Source: Chloroflexota bacterium | GTDB lineage: Bacteria > Chloroflexota > Limnocylindria > Limnocylindrales > CSP1-4 | DNA: 64,000 nucleotides | Assembly (NCBI GenBank): GCA_039931975.1 | Contig: JBDTQW010000002.1 | Coordinates: 3,452 to 67,451, forward strand | Direction: 5' to 3' | Part shown: piece by piece, positions 39,764 to 46,597 of the stretch | Layout: the number at the start of each line of letters is the position of its first letter | Position numbering within the stretch: the stretch's first letter is position 1 | Translations under genes and position numbers: made by a program | Notes under the pieces: generated by a model | Database searches by the model: none | What the model saw: the letters and a program-made list of their open reading frames with translations, nothing else | What the model was told of the DNA's origin: nothing

Positions 39764-41017
39764 CTACCGCCATGCGAACAGCGACTTGCGAGAGCCCGTC
39801 TTGGCATCCTCGGACACCGCCTCCTTACGATCGCCACCGGTGATGGCGGTCGCAAGGCGGAGGATGTCCTGGGACACCTGGGCCTCTCGGTTGGACAAGA
39901 CGAACGGCACGCCGCGATTGAGGGCGTAGACCACGCTGCGCCCGTCGCTCACGATCGTGTGGTCGACCTTTCGGCCGATCGAATGCTCGACGTCCGCGAG
40001 GCGGATGCCGAGCGTGGAATCGGCTCGATTCAGGATGAGCTTGACCTTCGAGGCCTCGTATCCGAGCTGGTCGGCGACTTCTAGGAAGAGTCGCATGTTC
40101 TTGATGCTCGTGATCTCGAGGGTGAGGGCCGTCAGGATGGTGTCCGCCTGGTCGAGGATCGCCAGCGTGGTATCGCTGAAGTTCGCGGTGCAATCCACGA
40201 CGACCAGGTCGTTGGTGGCGCGGAGCACCTCGAGAACCTTGCGGATCCCGACCGGGGTGATCATCTCGGCCATCTCGGGAGACGGCGGGGCCAGCAGGAC
40301 GCGCACGCCCGACGAGTGGTTGATGACGAACGTGTCGATCGACTCAGGCTCGCCGCCGGCCTCCATCTCTGGGACCAGGTCGGCGATCGACTTGTTCTTC
40401 GGGTTCAGGTTCAGGAGCACGCCGACGTCGCCGAACTGGAACGATCCATCGACGAGGACGGTCTTCATGCCGAGGTCGGCCGCGGCCGCCACTGCGAAGT
40501 TGACGGCGATCGTGGTCCGGCCCACCCCGCCCTTGGGGCTGAACACGGCAACGATCTGGCCGGGTTCCCGACCCGCGCCTCGTGCGGCCTTGGCTGCCGC
40601 GGCGGCGACGTTGGTGACGGTGATCCGGCCCTGCTTCTCGCGCTCTCGCGTGTACACCTGGCGGATCGACGCGGTGAGCTCATCGCTGCTGAAGGGCTTG
40701 ACCAGGAACTCACGAGCGCCGGCGAGCATCGATCGGCGGAGGTAGTCGGCCTCACCCTGGACGGACATCATCACCACCGAGGCGGTCGGCACCTCGGTGG
40801 CCATCTGCTCGGTGGCAGCGATCCCGTCCATGTCGGGCATGTTGATGTCCATCAGCACCACGTCCGGGTGTACCCGGCTGGCCATCTCCAGCGCTTGGCG
40901 GCCGGAATCGGCCGCCCCGACCACCTCGATGTCGCTCTCGAACCCGAGGAGCTTGGTGAGGTGGTCTCGCGTCTCGGCGATGTCGTCGACGATGAGGACC
41001 TTGATCATGTCTGCCAT
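39764..41017 (-). CDS. cpaE: CpaE/TadZ-like ParA/MinD-family ATPase fused to a canonical response-regulator receiver domain
   Basis: The REC domain has VLIVDD, LMDINMPDMDG, MMSVQG and LVKPF. The ATPase domain has VFSPKGGVGRTTIAVN, a deviant Walker A in which the P-loop Lys is replaced by Arg. Confidence 0.88.
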   Translation of the reverse strand: MADMIKVLIVDDIAETRDHLTKLLGFESDIEVVGAADSGRQALEMASRVHPDVVLMDINMPDMDGIAATEQMATEVPTASVVMMSVQGEADYLRRSMLAGAREFLVKPFSSDELTASIRQVYTREREKQGRITVTNVAAAAAKAARGAGREPGQIVAVFSPKGGVGRTTIAVNFAVAAAADLGMKTVLVDGSFQFGDVGVLLNLNPKNKSIADLVPEMEAGGEPESIDTFVINHSSGVRVLLAPPSPEMAEMITPVGIRKVLEVLRATNDLVVVDCTANFSDTTLAILDQADTILTALTLEITSIKNMRLFLEVADQLGYEASKVKLILNRADSTLGIRLADVEHSIGRKVDHTIVSDGRSVVYALNRGVPFVLSNREAQVSQDILRLATAITGGDRKEAVSEDAKTGSRKSLFAWR

Positions 41018-41096
41018 GGTGTGGCGTTCAGCCTTCGGTGCCGCTGGTTGCGATGGACGAGTTGGTCGTTCGGTGCTTCGTTTTGGTGGACTGGCT

Positions 41097-41134
41097 GACG
41101 GGCGCGGGATCCGCTGGGATCTGGCGCGCCCGTC
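41097..41134 (-). terminator. 10-bp GC hairpin in the cpaB-cpaE spacer (possible attenuator or processing site)
   Basis: gacgggcgcg [18-nt loop] cgcgcccgtc is a perfect stem with no U-tract. It lies in a 195-nt non-coding gap inside an otherwise compact operon. Confidence 0.35.
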
Positions 41135-41212
41135 GCCGTTGGTTCAACGCGGTGTTGTTCCGGATGGCGTTCGCGGAGAGTGGAGAGGTGGAACGCCTCC
41201 GTCACCTGCCGC

Positions 41213-42169
41213 CTACTTCGGAAGGATGGCCTCGACGATCTGCGGGGGCAGGACCCCGTACTCGTCAACGAGAGTCTTGAGGATGACGCCGGTCGTCGCA
41301 TCGGTGGCCGGCTCGGTCGGGTTCCCAGCGTCGTCGACGAAGTCCTTCGGCGAGCGCAGGACGAGGCTGATACAACCTTCGACCTGGGCGTACTTGATGA
41401 CTTCGGCCTGCTGAGCGGTGACCGCCAGGATGACGATCTCCTTCTGGCCATTGAGGGTCGTCCCGCCGGAGCCCGGCGCGGGCGAGGCCTGGGCGACGGT
41501 CTGGTCGACCGGCGGCAGCTGAGTCCCGACGACCTGCATGTTCTGCAGGAGCATCTTGACCGACAGGCTGCTGCCGAGGTCAGGGATCGACGTCACGGCG
41601 TCGGTCTGGCTGTCGACGGTCAGGAACGGGAAGGAGGTACCGCACTGGGTGGTGCCGCCATCGCCCTGGCCCTGCCAGCCGATACCGACGATCGCATCGA
41701 CCCGGTCACCGACATTGATCAGGGTCCCGACGCCGGTCACCTGGTCGACCTGCACCGACTGGGCACGGGAGCCCTTCGGCAGGAGCGGGCCCGGAGGCTG
41801 CGCGCCTGGATTGCCGGTCGCGAACATCGATTGGGTGATCTGGGCGTTCTTCGTCACGTTGGTCCGGACGATCTGGCCGACGATCTGCCCCGGATCGCCG
41901 ACAGCCCCAGAAAGGCGGTTCTCGATCAGGACCTTGTGCGTCTGCAGCATGTCCGAGCGGATCTGCGTCCCGAGGGGGATATCGACCGCCGCTGTGACTG
42001 TGTCCAGCTCGGTGACCGGCTGGTTGCCGGTATTCGACCCTTGCGGGCTGCTGAACAGGAACACGATCGCGACGAACGCAACCGCTGCGAGGACGACCCC
42101 GACGAGCAGGATCAACCGATTCGATCTCTTCAAAACCACTCTCCCCAGCCGTGTGACAGGTGGCACCAC
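41213..42169 (-). CDS. cpaB: Flp pilus assembly protein CpaB/RcpC (SAF-domain)
   Basis: An N-terminal TM segment (LILLVGVVLAAVAFVAIVF) followed by an SAF/RcpC-like body. A more likely start is the GTG at 42139 or the TTG at 42133, which follow GGGGAGAG. Confidence 0.85.
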   Translation of the reverse strand: MVPPVTRLGRVVLKRSNRLILLVGVVLAAVAFVAIVFLFSSPQGSNTGNQPVTELDTVTAAVDIPLGTQIRSDMLQTHKVLIENRLSGAVGDPGQIVGQIVRTNVTKNAQITQSMFATGNPGAQPPGPLLPKGSRAQSVQVDQVTGVGTLINVGDRVDAIVGIGWQGQGDGGTTQCGTSFPFLTVDSQTDAVTSIPDLGSSLSVKMLLQNMQVVGTQLPPVDQTVAQASPAPGSGGTTLNGQKEIVILAVTAQQAEVIKYAQVEGCISLVLRSPKDFVDDAGNPTEPATDATTGVILKTLVDEYGVLPPQIVEAILPK

Positions 42170-42194
42170 TGTAGCATCGGGGAAAGGGGACGCG

Positions 42195-42203
42195 ACTATA
42201 CCA
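42195..42203 (-). promoter_or_regulatory. Putative extended -10 (TGGTATAGT) for the cpaB-tad operon
   Basis: The minus strand reads ggccttTGGTATAGTcgcg, 25 to 60 nt upstream of the candidate cpaB starts. Confidence 0.45.
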
Positions 42204-42358
42204 AAGGCCTAGGACCATTAGGAGGAAATGGCCAGAAATCCAGCCCGATTCGTGCGTGGAAGGCGTTCTGGGCCTCCCCGGGGAGCCATCGCACCGGCGG
42301 TCGGTGGGAGGGGTTCCGGAGAGGTTTCCCACCCCGTCCGCATAGGACCCTTTACGGG

Positions 42359-42402
42359 CTCGCACCGGACTCGCACCGGACTCGCACCGGACTCGATCGG
42401 GC
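42359..42402. repeat. 11-bp tandem direct repeat, 3 perfect copies plus 1 degenerate
   Basis: The plus strand has ctcgcaccgga three times (42359..42391), then ctcgatcgggc (7/11 match). On the minus strand the unit is tccggtgcgag. It lies between the flp1 terminator and the cpaB promoter. Confidence 0.9.
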
Positions 42403-42445
42403 CCCGCACGAAGTCTCACCGAAGGGTGGTCGACCGCCGGAATCG

Positions 42446-42478
42446 ACGAGCGGTCCTCCTGATCGAAGGACCGCTCGT
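42446..42478 (-). terminator. 12-bp hairpin downstream of flp1
   Basis: acgagcggtcct [9-nt loop] aggaccgctcgt is a perfect stem. On the minus strand it is followed by cgattccgg. Confidence 0.55.
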
Positions 42479-42519
42479 TCGGCGTTCGGGATGGCCAGCC
42501 CAGGCTCGGCTGGGTGAGG

Positions 42520-42693
42520 CTAGATCGAGGTGCCGACTCGACTGAGGATGGTGCTGATCTGGCTGCCCAGGAACAGCAGGGCAAGGATCGCGACGATCGC
42601 GATCAGGGCAAGGATCAGGGCGTATTCGGCCAGACCCTGGCCTCGCTCACCGGTTCGTGAAGGAAGGATGAATGCGCGGATGCACGCCAACAC
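42520..42693 (-). CDS. flp: Flp/Fap family type IVb pilin, copy 1
   Basis: A 57-aa product: VLACIRAFILPSRTGERG|QGLAEYALILALIAIVAILALLFLGSQISTILSRVGTSI. It carries the G/xxxxEY prepilin processing motif and a hydrophobic core. GTG at 42693, with AAGGAGG 11 nt upstream. Confidence 0.85.
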   Translation of the reverse strand: MLACIRAFILPSRTGERGQGLAEYALILALIAIVAILALLFLGSQISTILSRVGTSI

Positions 42694-42784
42694 CGATATC
42701 GAGTCCTCCTTTCCCAGAAGTCCCTCGCCGGGGCGAGGGCACCCGCCGGGTCGCATCGAGGGGTTCGGTCCCGGTGGGAGCGCC

Positions 42785-42813
42785 ACACTATGGGGCGGTC
42801 GAGAGGGTGTCAA
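42785..42813 (-). promoter_or_regulatory. Putative promoter for flp1 (TTGACA-17-TAGTGT)
   Basis: The minus strand reads TTGACAccctctcgaccgccccaTAGTGT, with a consensus -35 and a 17-nt spacer. It begins 23 nt after the flp2 terminator and ends about 90 nt upstream of flp1. Confidence 0.5.
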
Positions 42814-42836
42814 TACGATTCGCCCCGGGAATCGAT

Positions 42837-42865
42837 GACGCCGGGCCCTGTGAGGGCCCGGCGTC
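42837..42865 (-). terminator. 12-bp hairpin downstream of flp2
   Basis: gacgccgggccc-tgtga-gggcccggcgtc is a perfect stem. On the minus strand it is followed by atcgattccc. Confidence 0.6.
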
Positions 42866-42924
42866 AGTCGGTATGTGGTGAGCCTCGTCGGTTAGAGCCC
42901 GACGGGCTTCCGCGGTTGTCGGTG

Positions 42925-43095
42925 CTAGACCGAGTTACCGACGGTGCTGAGGATCTTGCTGACCTGTCCACCGAGGAACAGCAGCGCGATGATCGCGACG
43001 ATCGCGATAAGGGCGAGGATCAGCGCGTACTCGGCCAGTCCCTGGCCCTCCTCGTCGCGGTTCAACCACGAGAGAAATGAATTGACGAGCGCCAT
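42925..43095 (-). CDS. flp: Flp/Fap family type IVb pilin, copy 2
   Basis: A 56-aa product: MALVNSFLSWLNRDEEG|QGLAEYALILALIAIVAIIALLFLGGQVSKILSTVGNSV. AGGAGG lies 9 nt upstream of the ATG at 43095. The track ORF start at 43122 is less likely. Confidence 0.88.
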   Translation of the reverse strand: MALVNSFLSWLNRDEEGQGLAEYALILALIAIVAIIALLFLGGQVSKILSTVGNSV

Positions 43096-43144
43096 GCCGT
43101 TAGGCCTCCTGGATGATTGCACACCCCCAGTCGAGGGCGACGTG

Positions 43145-43150
43145 AATATA
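43145..43150 (-). promoter_or_regulatory. Putative -10 (TATATT) for flp2
   Basis: An AT-rich hexamer that stands out in GC-rich DNA, about 50 nt upstream of the flp2 ATG. No convincing -35 is present. Confidence 0.35.
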
Positions 43151-43213
43151 GGTGAGCCGCCAGCATTGCGACATTAGCCGGATGGTACCGGTCGGCGATG
43201 ACCTATGGGTCCC

Positions 43214-43366
43214 TCATGGCAGCTGGCTGCTGAGCCAGTCGAGAGCGGCAGCGACCTGGTCGTCGAAGAACACCAGCAGGACGACGACCACGAGGATCGA
43301 GCAGCCCAGGACGATCCCGTATTCCACCAGACCCTGACCTGCGGGCGATCGGCCCAGGCTGCGCAC
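43214..43366 (-). CDS. Divergent Flp-like pilin, copy 3
   Basis: A 50-aa product: VRSLGRSPAG|QGLVEYGIVLGCSILVVVVLLVFFDDQVAAALDWLSSQLP. It has the same G/QGLxEY motif. The GTG start lies 28 nt after the kinase stop, with no obvious SD. Confidence 0.55.
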   Translation of the reverse strand: MRSLGRSPAGQGLVEYGIVLGCSILVVVVLLVFFDDQVAAALDWLSSQLP

Positions 43367-43394
43367 GTCCGGCTCGGTCGGCACGGGCGCCGGT

Positions 43395-44681
43395 TCAGTG
43401 GGCCGGCGGCAGGTCGACCGTGATACGGACCTCCGAGCCGTCGTCGGCAAGCTCGGCCCGGGCGCCAATGGTCGCTGCTCGAGCCTGCACGTCTCGCCAC
43501 GACTTGAGCGGGAGGCCGATCGGGGCGACGCTCGCCGCCTGGGCCGCGGCCTTCTCGTCGCGGCGGTCCTCGATCATGGCCGCCAGGGCGGCCGGCATCT
43601 CGGCCTCGGGCTTGGGCCGTCGGCGCATACGCCCGCCACTCGGCTCGCCATCGTTCGAGGCCCCGGACTCCTCGGGGGCGGCCTCATCGACCGTCTCCCG
43701 GATGGACCGGACGACGGCCTCGAGCGTGCCCTTGGTCCAATCGAGACGCAGCTCGACTCGCTCGGGATGGCCGGTGAGGTAGCCCGCCAGCGACTCCTCG
43801 ACCATCCGGAACATGCCTGACTCGAGCTCCATCGGTAACCGCCGATCCGCGCCCATCGATTCGAAGTCGACCAGCACCTGGGCCCGTCGACCGCGGTCTC
43901 GGGCCGATCGCCGGAGAGTCGGGACCAGCCCGAGGTCGTCGAGGACCATCGGCCGCACATCGAAGATGAACGACTTCGTGGCGTCGAGCGTGGACTGGAC
44001 CATCGCGATGAGCTCGCGCGTCTCGGGCTTGGCTGCAGCCGGATCGCTCGAGATCAGCCGGTCGACGATCTGCGCCTGGAGCACGATGTTGGTCAGGCTC
44101 TGGGCCGGGCCGTCATGCATCGCGCGGGCGATATCGCGGCGGAGGTCTTCCTGGGCCGCCAGGATCATCCGAGAGACGGCGGTCGACACCCGCGCGCCGG
44201 CCTCGCCACCACTCGCCGCGCCGGTGCCGCGCTCGTCGACCTCGCCGCTGTCGTCCCCGGGGCGAGAGAGCATGGGGATCGAACCACCGTCGGGCATCGT
44301 CCGGAGCTGGCTGGCGAACCCGGCCATCGCGTCGCGGTAGCGGCGCAGGACCTTGACCTTGCCATTGAGGACGTCGACCTGCGACTCCATCACGATCGCT
44401 CGTCGGGTCAGAGCGAGGAGCTGGGCGCTCTGTTCGAGGAGCCCCGCCGGATCAGAGGGCGACTCGCGTCCCGCCGTGACGCGGGCCGCCATGGCCGCCC
44501 GCTTCGCCTCGTGCCGCTCGCTCTCGCCCGTCGCCTGCTGGATGAGCATGCCGATCTCGACCAGCTCGCCATCGAGGACGGCCACGTCGTGCTCGACGCG
44601 TGCCGCTAGGGCGGCCGGGCTGTCGTACCGGTCGGTCTCTGCGTCCCGGATGGACGTCGTCGGTCCTGGTGGTGTCGTCAT
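43395..44681 (-). CDS. Soluble DegS-like HisKA_3 histidine kinase homologue with degenerate ATP-binding domain
   Basis: The H-box is IARAMHDGPAQSL. The N-box position reads VEESLAGYLTGHP, with no Asn. There is no DxGxG, and a ~60-aa charged insert sits where G1 should be. The C-terminus IGARAELADDGSEVRITVDLP aligns with the paralogue's terminus. No TM segment; the N-terminus is coiled-coil-like. Confidence 0.8.
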   Translation of the reverse strand: MTTPPGPTTSIRDAETDRYDSPAALAARVEHDVAVLDGELVEIGMLIQQATGESERHEAKRAAMAARVTAGRESPSDPAGLLEQSAQLLALTRRAIVMESQVDVLNGKVKVLRRYRDAMAGFASQLRTMPDGGSIPMLSRPGDDSGEVDERGTGAASGGEAGARVSTAVSRMILAAQEDLRRDIARAMHDGPAQSLTNIVLQAQIVDRLISSDPAAAKPETRELIAMVQSTLDATKSFIFDVRPMVLDDLGLVPTLRRSARDRGRRAQVLVDFESMGADRRLPMELESGMFRMVEESLAGYLTGHPERVELRLDWTKGTLEAVVRSIRETVDEAAPEESGASNDGEPSGGRMRRRPKPEAEMPAALAAMIEDRRDEKAAAQAASVAPIGLPLKSWRDVQARAATIGARAELADDGSEVRITVDLPPAH

Positions 44682-44720
44682 CGCTACCCGCGGATGGACT
44701 CTGCTAGGGTCGTCGCCCGA

Positions 44721-45464
44721 TCAATCCTCGGGCATCCGGATCCAGCCCTGGCGCATGGCATAGACCACGGCCTGGGTCCGGTCGTTGACCGACAGCTTGC
44801 GCAGGATCGAGCTCATGTGGTTCTTGACGGTCTGCTCGCTGATCGACAGGGCGTAGGCGACCTGCTTGTTCGTCATGCCCTGGGCGATGTTGTCGAGGAT
44901 CTCGACCTCGCGCGGAGACAATGGGGCGAAGATCGGGGCCGCATCCTGACCGTAGACGGCTAGCTCCCGGAACTCCTTCAGCACTCGGGATGCGACCGCC
45001 GGCTTGGCGAAGACCTTGTCGTTGATGAGGTACTCACCGGCGGACACGCGGCGGATGATCGTGACCAGGTCGTCGGGGCCGACGTCCTTGAGGATGAATG
45101 CCGCGGCACCGGCCTTGATCGCGTCGAACAGAGCGTCCTCTTCCTCGTTCTGGGCGAGGACGATGATCCCGACCGAGGGCAACTCGCGCTTGATCCGCTG
45201 GGTCGTCTCGATCCCGCCAGGGCTGGGCAGGGTCAGGTCCATCAGGATGATGTCGGGCGAGGTGTCCAGGGCGAGCTCGATGGCGCTTCGACTGTCGTCG
45301 GCCTCGCCTACGATGAGGAAGTCGGGCTCGCGCTCGAGGAGGCCGCGCACGCCCATCCGGAACAGGGCGTGGTCATCGACCAGGAGCAGCTTGGTCTGCT
45401 CCACATTGCGTCGATCGGGCCCTCCCCGGCGGCGGTCGGGACCCGGGTAGTCGATATCCGTCAT
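44721..45464 (-). CDS. NarL/LuxR-family response regulator
   Basis: The REC domain has LLLVDDH, ILMDLTLP and LKD. The C-terminal LuxR HTH is LSPREVEILDNIAQGMTNKQVAYALSISEQTVKNHMSSILRKL. The N-terminal extension is 24 aa and contains GPDRRRGGPDRRN. Confidence 0.93.
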   Translation of the reverse strand: MTDIDYPGPDRRRGGPDRRNVEQTKLLLVDDHALFRMGVRGLLEREPDFLIVGEADDSRSAIELALDTSPDIILMDLTLPSPGGIETTQRIKRELPSVGIIVLAQNEEEDALFDAIKAGAAAFILKDVGPDDLVTIIRRVSAGEYLINDKVFAKPAVASRVLKEFRELAVYGQDAAPIFAPLSPREVEILDNIAQGMTNKQVAYALSISEQTVKNHMSSILRKLSVNDRTQAVVYAMRQGWIRMPED

Positions 45465-46597
45465 GTGCTCTCCTTTTCGAGCGGGACAACTAGCCGAACC
45501 ACCGTTCCGGCGTCCGGACGAGATGACACTTCCAGCGCGGCGCCGATGAGCTCGGCGCGCTCACGCATGAACTGAAGACCGAAGTTGCGCCGGCTACGGC
45601 TGGCAGCCGCCCCGACGTCGAAGCCCAGCCCGTCGTCGCGGACCTCGACGGTCCATGCGCCGTCCTCGAGCCGGGAGACGATGCTGGTCCGCGTCGACTT
45701 GGCGTGCTTGCGCACGTTATGGAGCGCTTCCTGGACGACCCGCAGGACGACTGTCTGCTGGGCGTCGGCGAGCATGTCGGCCGGCGCCTGGAGGTCGGTC
45801 TCGACGGTGCTGTCGGACAGCGCCGCCATCGTCTCGGCCGCATCGACGATCGAGCCATCGAGACCGAGGTCGTCGAGGAGCGGAGGGCGAAGCTGGCTGA
45901 TGAACGTTCGGACGTCGCCGAGCTCGCGGCGGAGCAGTTCGCGCATGAAGCGCAGCTCCGTCCGGGCGAGGCGCGGGTCGCCGTCCATCACCCGATCGAT
46001 GTACTCGACCTGGAAGATCGCGTTGGAGAGGGCCTGAGCCGGTCCATCGTGGATCTCCTGGGCAAGCCGGGATCGCTCGGCTTCCTGGGCCTCGACGATG
46101 CGCATCTCGACATCGTGCGGCCGATCCGTTCCGTGTCCTTCCGGAACGAGGCTGGCGTCGCCACGCTCGAGGAACAGCCAGGTGCTCTCCAGGCTGCGGT
46201 GGGCCAGCTCGAAGCGAGCCAGCTCGGCCTGATGGGCGCCGACGTCAATCTCGAGCCGCTCGAGATCCGAGCGCAGGGCATTGACCTCGGCATCGTCCGC
46301 GCCAGCTTCTGCCGCCCCGGCTGCGCTGACGCGGCCCGATTCGGCGCGGGCATCGGCCTCCGCGAGCTGCTCGCGGCGAGGCCGACGCACGAGGGCATCG
46401 AGCTCCTCGCGGAGGGCCTGGTAGCGGCCAAGCTCTTCGAGGTGGGCGGCCCGGTAGCGTCCGGCCACGGCATCGAGACTGTTGGCGGCATAAGCCAACG
46501 CGGCCTTTGCCTCAGCGTGGAGCTCGTCGAAGCGGCCATCCCGAGCATCGCCCACTCGCGTGCCGTCCATGTCGCCCGAGTATAGGGGTCCGGGCAT
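45461..46597 (-). CDS. Soluble DegS-like HisKA_3 histidine kinase (canonical catalytic domain)
   Basis: The H-box is LAQEIHDGPAQAL, the N-box QEALHNVRKHA, G1 RDDGLGFD and G2 GLQFMRERAELIGAAL. No TM segment. The ATG at 46597 overlaps the upstream GT gene stop (TGATG), and the stop overlaps the RR start (ATGA). An alternative ATG lies at 46570. Confidence 0.9.
   Translation of the reverse strand: MPGPLYSGDMDGTRVGDARDGRFDELHAEAKAALAYAANSLDAVAGRYRAAHLEELGRYQALREELDALVRRPRREQLAEADARAESGRVSAAGAAEAGADDAEVNALRSDLERLEIDVGAHQAELARFELAHRSLESTWLFLERGDASLVPEGHGTDRPHDVEMRIVEAQEAERSRLAQEIHDGPAQALSNAIFQVEYIDRVMDGDPRLARTELRFMRELLRRELGDVRTFISQLRPPLLDDLGLDGSIVDAAETMAALSDSTVETDLQAPADMLADAQQTVVLRVVQEALHNVRKHAKSTRTSIVSRLEDGAWTVEVRDDGLGFDVGAAASRSRRNFGLQFMRERAELIGAALEVSSRPDAGTVVRLVVPLEKEST

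Noticed and set aside
42218-42409. A 63-aa minus-strand ORF covering the 11-bp repeat array between flp1 and cpaB.
   Set aside because: The 11-bp period is not a multiple of 3, so the repeat is not read as a peptide repeat. There is no SD, no hydrophobic or pilin motif, and the composition is typical of non-coding GC-rich sequence.
42170-42784. A possible c-di-GMP (GEMM-I/II) riboswitch in the flp1 or cpaB leaders, since such riboswitches often precede pilus genes.
   Set aside because: By eye I found no match to the conserved GEMM cores (GGCAAAC/ACGCAAAGC-type elements). Only generic GC hairpins are present. This is not excluded without a covariance-model search.
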